Origin: Hyalangium minutum
Lineage (GTDB): Bacteria; Myxococcota; Myxococcia; Myxococcales; Myxococcaceae
NCBI RefSeq assembly: GCF_000737315.1
Contig: NZ_JMCB01000002.1
Location: forward strand, 268,001 to 516,000
Direction of reading: 5' to 3'
DNA length: 248,000 bases
Made by a program: the position numbers and the translations under genes. This document shows, in pieces, positions 226,003 through 235,861 of the stretch; position 1 is the first letter of the stretch, and every line of letters starts with the position of its first letter. The notes under the pieces are model-generated. The model did not search any database, was not told the origin of the DNA, and saw only the letters and a list, made by a program, of their open reading frames with translations.

Positions 226003-226884
226003 ATGGCGTCCAGCAGTGCAGCGAAGGTGGGGGTGATCGGCAGTGGTCTCATGGGAACCGCACTGGCGCGAGCCTTGGCAGCGGCCGGTCATGACGTCGT
226101 GGTGTGGAACAGGACTCCCAGCAAGGCCCAGGCTGTAGGCAGTGGCACCGTGGCAAGGGAGAACCTGGTCGAGGCCGTCTCGGGCCGAGAGCTGGTCATC
226201 GTCTCTGTGTCCAACTATGCCGCCAGCTTCGAGCTGCTCTCCGCGAAGGGGGTTGCGCAGGCGCTGGCCGGGAAGACGCTCGTTCAGCTCACCAGTGGCT
226301 CTCCCGCGGATGCTCGCGCGGCCCTGGAGTGGGCCACGGCTCACGGCGTGGACTATTTGGACGCTGCGATTCTCGCCTACCCGAGTTTCGTCGCCACCGA
226401 TTACGCGACGGTCTTCTACGCCGGGCTGCGCACCGTCTTCGACCGGCACCTTCCTACCCTTCAGGCGATTGCCAAGAACTCCATCTACGTCGACGAGAAG
226501 ATCGGGGCCGCCGCGACGCTCGACTGCGCGATTCTGGAGTCCTATTACGGAGGCTCTCTGGCCTTCCTGCACGCTGCGGCGATGTGCCAGGCGGAGGGCC
226601 TGGACCCGAAGACGTTCTTCGCCCACAAGAACTCCTTCCTCGGGCTGATCTCCGTGACGGCTGATGCCGCACAGGGGATGATCGAGCGCAACGACTTCTC
226701 GGGCGACCAGTGCAGTCTCAACACCCACGTCGCGGCCATCGAGCACATCGTCCGGTTGAGCCAGGACGCCCGCATGAGCGCACGCTTCCCCAAAGAGCTG
226801 CTCGACAACTACAAGCGAGCCGTGAGCGCGGGATGGGGAGGCCAGGAGTTGCCAGCAGTGTTCCGGACGCTCAAGCAGGACTGA
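226003..226884 (+). CDS. NAD(P)-dependent oxidoreductase (imine reductase-like)
   Basis: G.G.MG.ALA, VWNRT, YLDAAI. Confidence 0.85.
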   Translation: MASSSAAKVGVIGSGLMGTALARALAAAGHDVVVWNRTPSKAQAVGSGTVARENLVEAVSGRELVIVSVSNYAASFELLSAKGVAQALAGKTLVQLTSGSPADARAALEWATAHGVDYLDAAILAYPSFVATDYATVFYAGLRTVFDRHLPTLQAIAKNSIYVDEKIGAAATLDCAILESYYGGSLAFLHAAAMCQAEGLDPKTFFAHKNSFLGLISVTADAAQGMIERNDFSGDQCSLNTHVAAIEHIVRLSQDARMSARFPKELLDNYKRAVSAGWGGQELPAVFRTLKQD

Positions 226885-226985
226885 GTTCCGCAGTCATCGA
226901 GGCGACACACGCTCTGCTTCAGCAGGCAATCTCGGCGTGAACAGGGTAGTGCGGTTGGCTCTTCAACCCACACGACGGACAACCC

Positions 226986-227606
226986 ATGGACGAGAAAGTC
227001 ACGGCGGTGCTCGACGCCTATCACGAGCGCATACGCGCAGAAGACCAGCTGATGCGGGAGGCGCCGCAAAAGGGCGGCTTTGAGGGGTTGCGCGATCAGG
227101 TCCTGCTCTCCGTGGGACCGGACACGGGCAAGCTGATCAACATCCTTGCGCGGAGCTTGAAGGCCCCCCACATCCTGGAGCTCGGCACTTCTTACGGTTA
227201 CTCCGGGATCTGGCTGGCGGAAGCCGCGCGGGCGACTGGCGGCCGGGTGACCACCATGGAGCTGCAGGACTACAAGGCAGCCTATGCGCGCGGCATGGCG
227301 GAGAAGGCGGGGCTGGCCGGCTCCATCGACTTCAAGGTGGGTGATGCGGTTCAGATGATCAACGAGTTGCCGTTCAAGCTCGACTTCGTGCTCGTTGACC
227401 TGTGGAAGGACCTCTACGTGCCGTGCCTCGAGGCCTTCTATCCCAAGCTCAATCCGGGGGCGATCATCGTCGCCGATAACATGCTCCGGCCTGGTGGCGA
227501 AGAGGTGCAGCGCTATGGCCGAGCCGTACGCGCGAAGCCCGGAATCACCAGTGTCCTGCTCCCCGTGGGGTCTGGGCTGGAGGTCAGCCGTTTCGAGCCG
227601 AGCTGA
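226986..227606 (+). CDS. Class I SAM O-methyltransferase
   Basis: LELGTSYGYS, D.WK..Y, ADN. Confidence 0.88.
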   Translation: MDEKVTAVLDAYHERIRAEDQLMREAPQKGGFEGLRDQVLLSVGPDTGKLINILARSLKAPHILELGTSYGYSGIWLAEAARATGGRVTTMELQDYKAAYARGMAEKAGLAGSIDFKVGDAVQMINELPFKLDFVLVDLWKDLYVPCLEAFYPKLNPGAIIVADNMLRPGGEEVQRYGRAVRAKPGITSVLLPVGSGLEVSRFEPS

Positions 227607-227659
227607 CCGCTTTGCGCGAGCACTGGCGCGTGTCGTGGCTGCCGGTTAGGGATACGGCC

Positions 227660-228451
227660 ATGAGCCACGATACGACCTCCTCACCCCATGCCTCTCGCCC
227701 CGTGGTGGTGCTCGGAGCCGCCGGGCGCCTGGGCCGTGAGCTTGTCCATGCGGCCCTGCGGCTGGGACAGCCGGTCACGGCCGTCGCCCGGAGCCGCGAG
227801 AAGCTCCGGGAGACGCTCCGAGTCGCGGATAACCCGTTGCTCACCTTGACCGAGGGCGATGCTCGCGACGCCGAGGCCATGGTTGCGGTGATGAGGGGCG
227901 CATCCGCCGTGGTGAACTCGGCGGGGCATGCGGGAGACGGAGCGGCGTTCATCGAACTGGGCCGCACGGTCGTCCACGCGGCGGAGCGCATGCTTGGGCC
228001 CGGCGGACGGCTCTGGTTCCTCGGCGGCCTGGGCGTGATGCGCATCCCGAACACGAACCGTCTCGGCATTGATCTCGCCGGGATGCCGGAGATGTACCAG
228101 ACCCACCGCGCCAACCACGAGACGCTGCGTGCCTCGTCGCTCGACTGGTCGATGCTCTGCCCGGGTCCGTTGATTGATTCGGCCGACAGGCCCGCCGTGG
228201 ACACGCTGCGCATCAGCACCGAAGTCCTCCCCGTCGAGATCGACGTGAGTGATGCGCCGGACGATGCGCGGCTCTTCGCGCGGCTGCGCGAGCGGTTCCC
228301 TGAGACCACCATCCCCTATGCAACAGCGGCCGAAGTGGTGATGCGCCACCTGGAAAAGAATGGCCCGTTCAACCGCCAGCGGGTGGGTATTGCCCTTCCG
228401 GTGGGACATACCGCTGAGAAGCAGGGGTGGACGCTCGGCAAGCGAGGGTGA
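227660..228451 (+). CDS. NAD(P)H-binding (flavin reductase-like) protein
   Basis: GAAGRLG, LDWS..CP. Confidence 0.8.
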   Translation: MSHDTTSSPHASRPVVVLGAAGRLGRELVHAALRLGQPVTAVARSREKLRETLRVADNPLLTLTEGDARDAEAMVAVMRGASAVVNSAGHAGDGAAFIELGRTVVHAAERMLGPGGRLWFLGGLGVMRIPNTNRLGIDLAGMPEMYQTHRANHETLRASSLDWSMLCPGPLIDSADRPAVDTLRISTEVLPVEIDVSDAPDDARLFARLRERFPETTIPYATAAEVVMRHLEKNGPFNRQRVGIALPVGHTAEKQGWTLGKRG

Positions 228452-228605
228452 GGTGCTAGGGAGCGCTCAGAGGGGGCCGAGCCAAACGAGCGAGTGCTCC
228501 TCAAGTGAGTCCCAACGCATTGAAGGCTGCGGCCTTGGGATCACCATTGCACCTGCCAGCGCTGCTTCTCTGTCCGCAGCATTCAGCAACCGGAAGAAGA
228601 CCGTC

Positions 228606-229787
228606 TCACCCATCACCCACCTCCGAACCTGAAACCTGCGGCGTGCCCTGCGCTCCCGTTTCCATCCCGTGCTGCTCGAACAGCGCGAGGTACGGCTCAT
228701 ACCGATACAGCCGGTTCCGCTTCTGCCCCGTTGTTTCCCGCAGCAATCCAGCCGCCACCAACTGTTCAATGGTGCTGGCCGCCGTCGCGAACGAGCACCT
228801 CAGGTGCTGCTCCGCCGCGCGCACGGACATGAACGGCTTCTCGAAGAGGTAGTCCAGTAGCCGGATACCCAGCGCGTTGGCGGCGAGTTTCTGCCGTGCG
228901 TCCTCTCGCAGGTGGAGAATGGAGCGCGCGGTGTTCGTCGCCGCGACACTCACTTCGGCAACACCTTTGAGGAAGAAGCGCAACCACCCCTCCCAGTCTC
229001 CCGCCGTTCGCACGGCCGTGAGCCGGTCGTAATACTCCGCGCGGTGGGCCTTGAGGTACACGCTGAGGTACAGCAGTGGACGTGCCAAGATGCGCTGCTC
229101 GCACAGCAACAGCGTGATCAACAAGCGCCCCACACGGCCGTTGCCGTCCAGGAACGGGTGGATGGTCTCGAACTGCGCGTGCGCCAGGCCGCACTGCACG
229201 AGCGGAGGCAAGCCCCGGCTGTCGTGCAGGAACTTCTCCAAGTTGCCAAGCGCCTCCTTCATTTCGTGAGGAGGTGGTGGCACGAAAGTGGCTGTCTGCA
229301 GGTTGCAACCTTGCGGGCCAATCCAGTTTTGCGAAGTGCGGAACTCCCCGGGGCTCCGCTCACTGCCGCGGACGCCCTCCATCAGCCTTCCATGGATCTC
229401 CCGCAGTAACCGCAGCGAGAGCGGCAAGGTCTTGAGCCGCTCCAGGCCATGGTTCATCGCCGCCACATAGTTGACGACTTCGCCCGCATCCTTGGCGATG
229501 CGAGGTCCCTTTGCGTCGATTTCGTACTGGAGGACATCCTCGAGCGTGCTCTGCGTACCCTCAATCTGCGAACTCAGGACCGCTTCATGCCGTACGTACA
229601 TCGCCACGAAGAGGTCCGGGTTGGGCAGAATGGAAGCGACCCCGTCCAGCCGTCCGAGCGCCCGGTCTGCCTCACTCATCAGGGCCGTCAACTCCCCCTC
229701 CATGCGCACAGGGGACGTAGGGGGCAAGGCGGCGGGAATGAACGCCCGGTATCCATGGAGTTGCTGTACGTATTGCCCTGCGCGCAT
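228606..229787 (-). CDS. Fic family protein with C-terminal HTH
   Basis: SSQIEGT, HPFLDGNGRVGR. Confidence 0.92.
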   Translation of the reverse strand: MRAGQYVQQLHGYRAFIPAALPPTSPVRMEGELTALMSEADRALGRLDGVASILPNPDLFVAMYVRHEAVLSSQIEGTQSTLEDVLQYEIDAKGPRIAKDAGEVVNYVAAMNHGLERLKTLPLSLRLLREIHGRLMEGVRGSERSPGEFRTSQNWIGPQGCNLQTATFVPPPPHEMKEALGNLEKFLHDSRGLPPLVQCGLAHAQFETIHPFLDGNGRVGRLLITLLLCEQRILARPLLYLSVYLKAHRAEYYDRLTAVRTAGDWEGWLRFFLKGVAEVSVAATNTARSILHLREDARQKLAANALGIRLLDYLFEKPFMSVRAAEQHLRCSFATAASTIEQLVAAGLLRETTGQKRNRLYRYEPYLALFEQHGMETGAQGTPQVSGSEVGDG

Positions 229788-229974
229788 CGGATTGCGCCTC
229801 CTGCCTACTGAAGTAGCCCGAGATAATCCTGCGTAAGACGCGCGGTTATTGCAATCGACTGCCAGATCCTGAAATAAGGATCGTGTTCGCGATCCGGTAT
229901 TTCAACCTGCTTCCATAGCGGATTGCTCAGGGGCCGTGGATTTCGAGAGGCATACGCCGCCGTTTCCACCATGG

Positions 229975-230143
229975 CGGAATCGATGGCGCCGAGCGGCCCT
230001 CCCGGGCGCAGCAACTTCAAGCCCCGCTCGACAAGAGCCGCGCAGACGCCGTCTTCGTGCGCGGGTGCGAGCGCTCGAACGCCTGCTTGGCGGCAGTGCT
230101 GCCGGAACCAAAGAGGAGGGTTCATTAGCACCACGTCGTAGCG
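229975..230143 (-). pseudogene. Frameshifted fragment of a type IIG / BREX PglX-like adenine methyltransferase
   Basis: YDVVLMNPP, then in a shifted frame FGSGSTAAKQAFERSHPRTK, then VCAALVERGLKLLRPGG.LGAI. Confidence 0.6.
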
Positions 230144-230238
230144 GTGCAAGGTGGTGGCTCTGCCTCGACGGCCTTCTGGGCGTACGCATCTAGCACTCGG
230201 AGGACATTGGCCTCGGCCTCCTCCCAGACGCGCCACTC

Positions 230239-231855
230239 CTAGGCTCGGCCCTGGCTCTTGCTCATGTGGATGCCAGTCGAGGAAGGGAGGGGCAGCAGTG
230301 GCGTCAGGAACTGCTCCAGCGACGCAACATTTCCAGGCCGCGAGGCGTGCCCCACGTAGCCGTCCGGGCGCACCAGGATGAGCGCCTCCGTGCCCGGCGC
230401 CACGTCGTAGGCCCGGTGCGCATGTCCACCCGCGTCGAGCATGAGCGCCCCCTCGTTCGGAGCCGCTTCGGCATCCGGGGCGCTCCCCTGTGCGCGGAGG
230501 GTGACAGTGCGCACGGTGTCGCCGAAGAGTGAGGAGGCCCACTCAGGTACGTCCGCGTGCCTCGGCCCGAAGGCCAGCAGCGTCCAGTGGGGACCCTGGA
230601 AGGCGTCGAAGAGCCGGCAGGGATTGCCGCGCGCATCCGTGCACGGCGCATCCGGGGCCCGGTCTCCCGCGCGCACGCGGGCCGTGTCGCCCGGCAGCTC
230701 GGGAGCGAGCGGACCGCCGCGATAGTTCAATTGCAGTTGCCGTTCCTCCGAGCCCCGCCTCAGGGACTTCAGCCGGCTCTGGCTCATGCCCTCATAGAGC
230801 TTCAGGGACAGGCCGAGCACGTTCGCGGCAATGGGCAGCCGCTCCGCCTCGTAGGTGTTGAGCAGGGCGGGGTCCGCGCCCTGGAGGACATGGCCCAGTT
230901 TCCAGCCCAGGTTGTAGGCGTCCTGCACGCCGGTGTTGAGCCCCTGTCCTCCGGCGGGAGGGTGGACGTGCGCGGCGTCTCCCGCGATGAAGACGCGGCC
231001 CACGCGGTAGCGGTTCACCATGCGCACGTTGGGGCGGTACACGGACAGCCAGCTCGCGTCGTGCAGGCGCAGCGTGCGGCCAGGTCGCGCCGCATCTTGG
231101 AAGTGTTGATTCAGGGCGGCCTCGGTGAGTTCCGGCACGGTGCCGCCGGGCTTCACCTGGAGGACGAGCTGGAAGCGGTCCGTGCCAGGCAGGGGACACA
231201 GCGCCACCATGCCGCCCTTCGCGAAGGGCCACACGTGCCAGCGGGTGCGGTCCAGGCCGTCCACGCACACGTCGCCCACTACCATGCGCTCCTCCTCGCG
231301 CGTCTCGCCGTGCAGGGGCAGGCCCAGCACCTTGCGCACGCGGCTGTGTCCGCCATCCGCGCCCACCAGGTACTCCGCGCGAACGGTCTCCAGGGTGCTG
231401 TCGCGGGTGAGGGTGGCGGTGACGCCCGCGTCATCCTGGGTGAACCCGGTGAGCGCGGTGCCGAACTCCACGGCATGACCGAGCGAGGCCAGCCGGTCGC
231501 GCAGGATTCCCTCGGTACGTGCCTGCGGTACGAGCCAGGGGTTGGGATGGGGCACATCGGGCGTCGCGGTGTGCTGGGCCATCATTGTCCAGCGGCCCAC
231601 GACGAAGCGCCGCCAGTGGAAGCGGAGCCGGGGATAGGCGGTGCCCGCGTCTAGCACGGCGTCGAGCACGCCCAGGTCGTCCAGGATCTCCAGCGTGCGC
231701 GGCTGGAGCCCCTTGCCCCGAGAGCCGGCGAAGGGACCTGGGGCCGCGTCCACGACGCGCACGCGGATACCCCGGCGCGCGAGGTCGCACGCGAGCGTCA
231801 GGCCGGTGGGACCGGCGCCGATGACGAGCGCCGGAAGGGGGAGGGCATGGGACAT
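230239..231855 (-). CDS. FAD-dependent monooxygenase
   Basis: GAGPTG, GADG.HS.VR, GDAAH.H.P.GGQG.NTG. Confidence 0.92.
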   Translation of the reverse strand: MSHALPLPALVIGAGPTGLTLACDLARRGIRVRVVDAAPGPFAGSRGKGLQPRTLEILDDLGVLDAVLDAGTAYPRLRFHWRRFVVGRWTMMAQHTATPDVPHPNPWLVPQARTEGILRDRLASLGHAVEFGTALTGFTQDDAGVTATLTRDSTLETVRAEYLVGADGGHSRVRKVLGLPLHGETREEERMVVGDVCVDGLDRTRWHVWPFAKGGMVALCPLPGTDRFQLVLQVKPGGTVPELTEAALNQHFQDAARPGRTLRLHDASWLSVYRPNVRMVNRYRVGRVFIAGDAAHVHPPAGGQGLNTGVQDAYNLGWKLGHVLQGADPALLNTYEAERLPIAANVLGLSLKLYEGMSQSRLKSLRRGSEERQLQLNYRGGPLAPELPGDTARVRAGDRAPDAPCTDARGNPCRLFDAFQGPHWTLLAFGPRHADVPEWASSLFGDTVRTVTLRAQGSAPDAEAAPNEGALMLDAGGHAHRAYDVAPGTEALILVRPDGYVGHASRPGNVASLEQFLTPLLPLPSSTGIHMSKSQGRA

Positions 231856-231959
231856 GGCGGTCTCCTGTCGCGGGGCGTTGGCGGCCCGGGAGCGACGGAG
231901 ACAAGAATGTAAGGAAGTGCTTATGTTGTCAGCTTGCGTTCCTGCCCCAGGAGTTCAGC

Positions 231960-232556
231960 ATGCCGCGCGCGAAGCTTTCCCCTCGGAAAATGCCCTCGCA
232001 GGAGCGCTCGCGCGCGACGGTGGATGCGCTGGTGCAGGCGACTGCTGACATTCTCGTGCGCGACGGTTACGCGAAGCTGACGACGAACCGCATCGCGGAG
232101 CGGGCGGGCGTCAACGTGGCGTCGCTGTACCAGTTCTTCCCCGGCAAGGAAGCGCTGGTGGCGGAGGTGTCCCGCCGGCACGTGAAGGAGCAGCGCGAGG
232201 CCGCGCGGAAGGTGCTGGAGACCCGGACGTTCGACAGCCTGGAGGACCTCATCCGGACGCTGGTGGGGATGGGCTTCGCCGCGCACGCGGTGAACCCGAA
232301 GCTGCACCATGCCTTGACGGAGGAACTGCCCGCGCGTCGCGCCCGGAAGGTGGACCCGGAGGACGCGCTCCTGCTGGAGACCTTCCGCCGGTTCCGAGCC
232401 GACGTGCCGGACCCGGAATTGGCTCTGTGGCTCATCGACACGGTGTCCCACGCGGTCATCCACCGCGCGGTGGTGGAGCGCCCCGAGTCCCTGTCCCAGA
232501 GGCTCCTCCAGGAGGAACTGGTGACGCTCCTCCTGCGCTATGTGAAACGGAAGTAA
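231960..232556 (+). CDS. TetR-family regulator
   Basis: P.Q.RS, IAERAGV...SLYQFFP.K. Confidence 0.9.
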   Translation: MPRAKLSPRKMPSQERSRATVDALVQATADILVRDGYAKLTTNRIAERAGVNVASLYQFFPGKEALVAEVSRRHVKEQREAARKVLETRTFDSLEDLIRTLVGMGFAAHAVNPKLHHALTEELPARRARKVDPEDALLLETFRRFRADVPDPELALWLIDTVSHAVIHRAVVERPESLSQRLLQEELVTLLLRYVKRK

Positions 232557-232904
232557 CCTGCGGTCCGATATGGCGCGAAATGACGAGGCATCCGTTCGGC
232601 TCGTGACCAACGAGAGCTATCTCGACGCAGCGCTGGCGCTCGTCGCGAAGGCCCGCCGTTCCATCGAGGCGAGCCTCTTGATCGACGATCGCAAGGTGGC
232701 CGCGGAGTTCACGCGAACCCGATCATGAGGCGTCCGCGAGCACCCGTGCCCGCTGCGCCAACACCTGGAGCACCTGTCTGTTCGTGGGGTGTGCTCTCGT
232801 GCCCATTCGGTGCTTTGACCAACGGTCACGCCGAAAACGGGTTGACCCTGCGGCATGCTTTTCGGAGCATGCGGACGGGGCCGGCTCGATTGGAGAGAAC
232901 ATCC

Positions 232905-233627
232905 ATGAAGCGTTCGTACCGTTTGGTCTTCGTCCTGCCCGTGCTCCTGGCCGTGGTGACTGCCTGCGAGCCTGAGCCCGGTCCCGCTCCCGCTCCTGTG
233001 CCCAATCCGGGCAATACCAACCCGGATCCGTCCACGGGCACCCCGCAGACCCGGACTTCTCCCTTCTCCCTCACGTCCTCGGCTCGGGATCCCGACACCA
233101 GCACGCCAGCGCCAGAGGAACCTGTGGACTGCACGGTCAATGGGTTGCTCAACACCAGTTCCGCGCTGGGCACCCTGGACTTCCGCTACGACGCCTTCGT
233201 TCTCACTGCTCAGAAGACCGGAAGGGTCGTCATCCAGGGCGATGTGCTCTCGGTCAACCCGAATGGCTACAAGTATGGCTACGCGTATCCGCTCAGCATG
233301 GCGACCATCGAGGACGGCGTCACCTTTACCGCCACTGGCGGCACCTTCTACCAAAACGCGCTCGAGACCGGGACGGCCATCACGGACTACCCGGTCATGG
233401 CAGGACGCCAGTACGTCCTCGTGTACAAGACCTTCGGCTCCTTCACGCCGCAGACGTACTGCCTCAAGCTGCCCTCCACGCTGAAGGTGGAAGGCCGCAT
233501 CTACACGCCGCCCACTCCGGTTCCCATTCCCGCGGACAGCGCGGGCCTCATCACCCTGGAGAACCCGCGCCCCGATGTGCTGGGCCGCGTTGTGCCCTGG
233601 CTGAATGAGCGGGTGAAGAGCAACTAG
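232905..233627 (+). CDS. Lipoprotein
   Basis: Lipobox VTAC; Pro/Thr linker. Confidence 0.65.
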   Translation: MKRSYRLVFVLPVLLAVVTACEPEPGPAPAPVPNPGNTNPDPSTGTPQTRTSPFSLTSSARDPDTSTPAPEEPVDCTVNGLLNTSSALGTLDFRYDAFVLTAQKTGRVVIQGDVLSVNPNGYKYGYAYPLSMATIEDGVTFTATGGTFYQNALETGTAITDYPVMAGRQYVLVYKTFGSFTPQTYCLKLPSTLKVEGRIYTPPTPVPIPADSAGLITLENPRPDVLGRVVPWLNERVKSN

Positions 233628-233644
233628 CGCTCCCGCGGCCGGGG

Positions 233645-235552
233645 CTACGGGCCCGTGTAGATGCCGATGGAGCCGGGTGTGGTGGCGTCGCCCTGGAACG
233701 CGACGAGGATTCGCCGCGTGCTCCCTGAGCGGTCCACCTGAATGTCCGGCACGCGGAGGCCGAGGACCTCGTTGGGAAGCAGACCGCTGGCGTGCCACTC
233801 CACCGTGTTGCCGCGCACACGGCTCAGGCCGCCGCCCTGGGCCGTGCCCGCCCACACGCTGTTGTCGAGCGGATCCACCGCCACGGACGCCACGTTCCCG
233901 CGTCCATCCGCGAGCTCCGTCGAGAGCGTGCGCAGCACCTGGCCGCTGGGGCTGAGCTGGGCCAGACCCCGGAGGAAGCTCCCCACCCAGACGGTCTCGT
234001 CGCTCATCACCGCCATGCCGGACACCGTGTCATCCACGCGCTGCTCGCGGGTGGGCCAGGTGGGCTCGGCCACGGCGTCGGGCCAGATGTCGATGCGGTT
234101 CCACGTGTACTCGCTGCCCTCGCTCTCCACCTGGGCCTGCCAGTAGTCGTGGCCGTGGGTGCCGTACCGGAACCGGGTGGAGCGGTTGGCGCCGCCGAAC
234201 CATACGTCCCCGTTCGCGGCCACCGACACGCCGTAGTACGCGTCGGTGAGGAGCACGACGTTGCTCTGGTCGTGGTTCCACGCGTTGATGGCTGGGTGCA
234301 CGTGCTCCATCACCCCGGCGCAGCCATAGTTCCAGGTGCCTGGCGCGCAGCTGTAGCCGGGGAAGTCCGCGCTGCCCCACCCAAAGCCGTGGTTGGCTCC
234401 GAACCAGACGCTGTTTGTCTGGGCGTCGTACACGATGCGCCAGATGCTGCAGAGCTTCTCCCGGCCGCGCGGCTCGTTGGGCACCCAGTTGGGACCCGTG
234501 GACACGTCATAGTGCGCCACCTGGATGCCCGTGGCCGTGAGCGTCACCCGATCCGCATCTCCGCTCTTGTAGATGCTCGCGTCCGGGATGCGGCCTGCGT
234601 CGTAGCCCTGGTCCCACTCGTTCTCGCAGGTGGGCATCCCCGGGGCGGGTGGCTTGCCCTCGTAGCCCACGAAGACGGTCCCTGCTGGGCCTCCGGCCAC
234701 GGAGATGACCTTCAGGTACGGCGCGCCCGGAGGCGCGCCCCCGTCAGACATGTAGCCGTAGGGCCTCAGACCGTCCTCCATCGTGAAGCGGCGGAACTGC
234801 GTCTGGCCCAGCTCGAGCACGTAGAGCCCGTCTTCACCGCCCGCGACCCAGATGTTGCCGCCCGCGTCGGTGCTCACCCCGTACACGTACCGAGGCCCGC
234901 CCTGGGCCATGCCATAGAAGGTCCAGTCCGCGCTGGAGGGCGGCGGGGGCGTGGGCGTGCTCGCCTCCGTGGTCACCACGAGCTGGGGCCGCATGGCCGC
235001 TACGGAGGTGTTGCGCGAGTAGAACACGGTGCCATCGATGCCGGTGGGCAGCACCGCGAAGCTCACCGTGCCGTTGCCCTGCACCGCAGCCGTCACCTCC
235101 CACTCCACCCAGGTGTTCGCCGCCACCGCTCCCGTGCTCGCCACGAAGGCCTGCGGCGAGGGCCTCGACTGGAACGTCACCATGCCCTCTTGCCACTCCG
235201 GGTCCGTGGTGTGGACGGAGGGCCCGTTCACGGTGGCATCCGTCGCGTACAGGCGGAGCTTCGCCCGAATCACGTTGCCACTCAGTCCGTTCACGTCGAA
235301 GCGCAGGAAGGTCTCGTACTGCGGATCCCCATCCACGCGCAGCGTGCTGGAACTCCCAAAGTTCTGGGTGGGCGACGGGGCTTCCACCCGCGTGTCCGCG
235401 ACGGCTGGGAACGTCCGTGACTCCTCCAGCACCGGCTGCTCCTGTGTGAGGAGGGGAGCTGGAGCCTCCAGGCGGCCCTCCGCGCAGTGCACGAACACAC
235501 CTACCGCAGCGACACTTACCGCCCACCTGACTCCCCGTTCCCACCTACCCAA
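233645..235552 (-). CDS. DNRLRE/CBM96-like plus beta-propeller exported protein
   Basis: ADT.V, FLRFD, W.EG.VT; propeller repeats. Confidence 0.75.
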   Translation of the reverse strand: MGRWERGVRWAVSVAAVGVFVHCAEGRLEAPAPLLTQEQPVLEESRTFPAVADTRVEAPSPTQNFGSSSTLRVDGDPQYETFLRFDVNGLSGNVIRAKLRLYATDATVNGPSVHTTDPEWQEGMVTFQSRPSPQAFVASTGAVAANTWVEWEVTAAVQGNGTVSFAVLPTGIDGTVFYSRNTSVAAMRPQLVVTTEASTPTPPPPSSADWTFYGMAQGGPRYVYGVSTDAGGNIWVAGGEDGLYVLELGQTQFRRFTMEDGLRPYGYMSDGGAPPGAPYLKVISVAGGPAGTVFVGYEGKPPAPGMPTCENEWDQGYDAGRIPDASIYKSGDADRVTLTATGIQVAHYDVSTGPNWVPNEPRGREKLCSIWRIVYDAQTNSVWFGANHGFGWGSADFPGYSCAPGTWNYGCAGVMEHVHPAINAWNHDQSNVVLLTDAYYGVSVAANGDVWFGGANRSTRFRYGTHGHDYWQAQVESEGSEYTWNRIDIWPDAVAEPTWPTREQRVDDTVSGMAVMSDETVWVGSFLRGLAQLSPSGQVLRTLSTELADGRGNVASVAVDPLDNSVWAGTAQGGGLSRVRGNTVEWHASGLLPNEVLGLRVPDIQVDRSGSTRRILVAFQGDATTPGSIGIYTGP

Positions 235553-235861
235553 GGCCTACCCCCTGTGTCCCAAGCAACGCGAGCTTGGGTGGAATAGGGC
235601 GCACCCCTTCACGCGGGGACTGCGTGATCAGGGATCTGGTCCAGCGATGGACATCCGCCAGCACGCGGAGCCGGGCGGACGTTGGGCAGGGGGCAGTGCG
235701 CTGCTTCGAGCGGAGCGGAGGTCCTACACTCACGTTGTGGGTGGGGCACTGCGTTGGGAGTACGCTGAGGGCAGTGGCTGATGTCGCGCGGCGTGCGGCC
235801 CGTGGGCTGACAGTGTGCCGAGCACCCTTCACGGCTGGGCTTCACCTGGCAGTGCGCCTGA

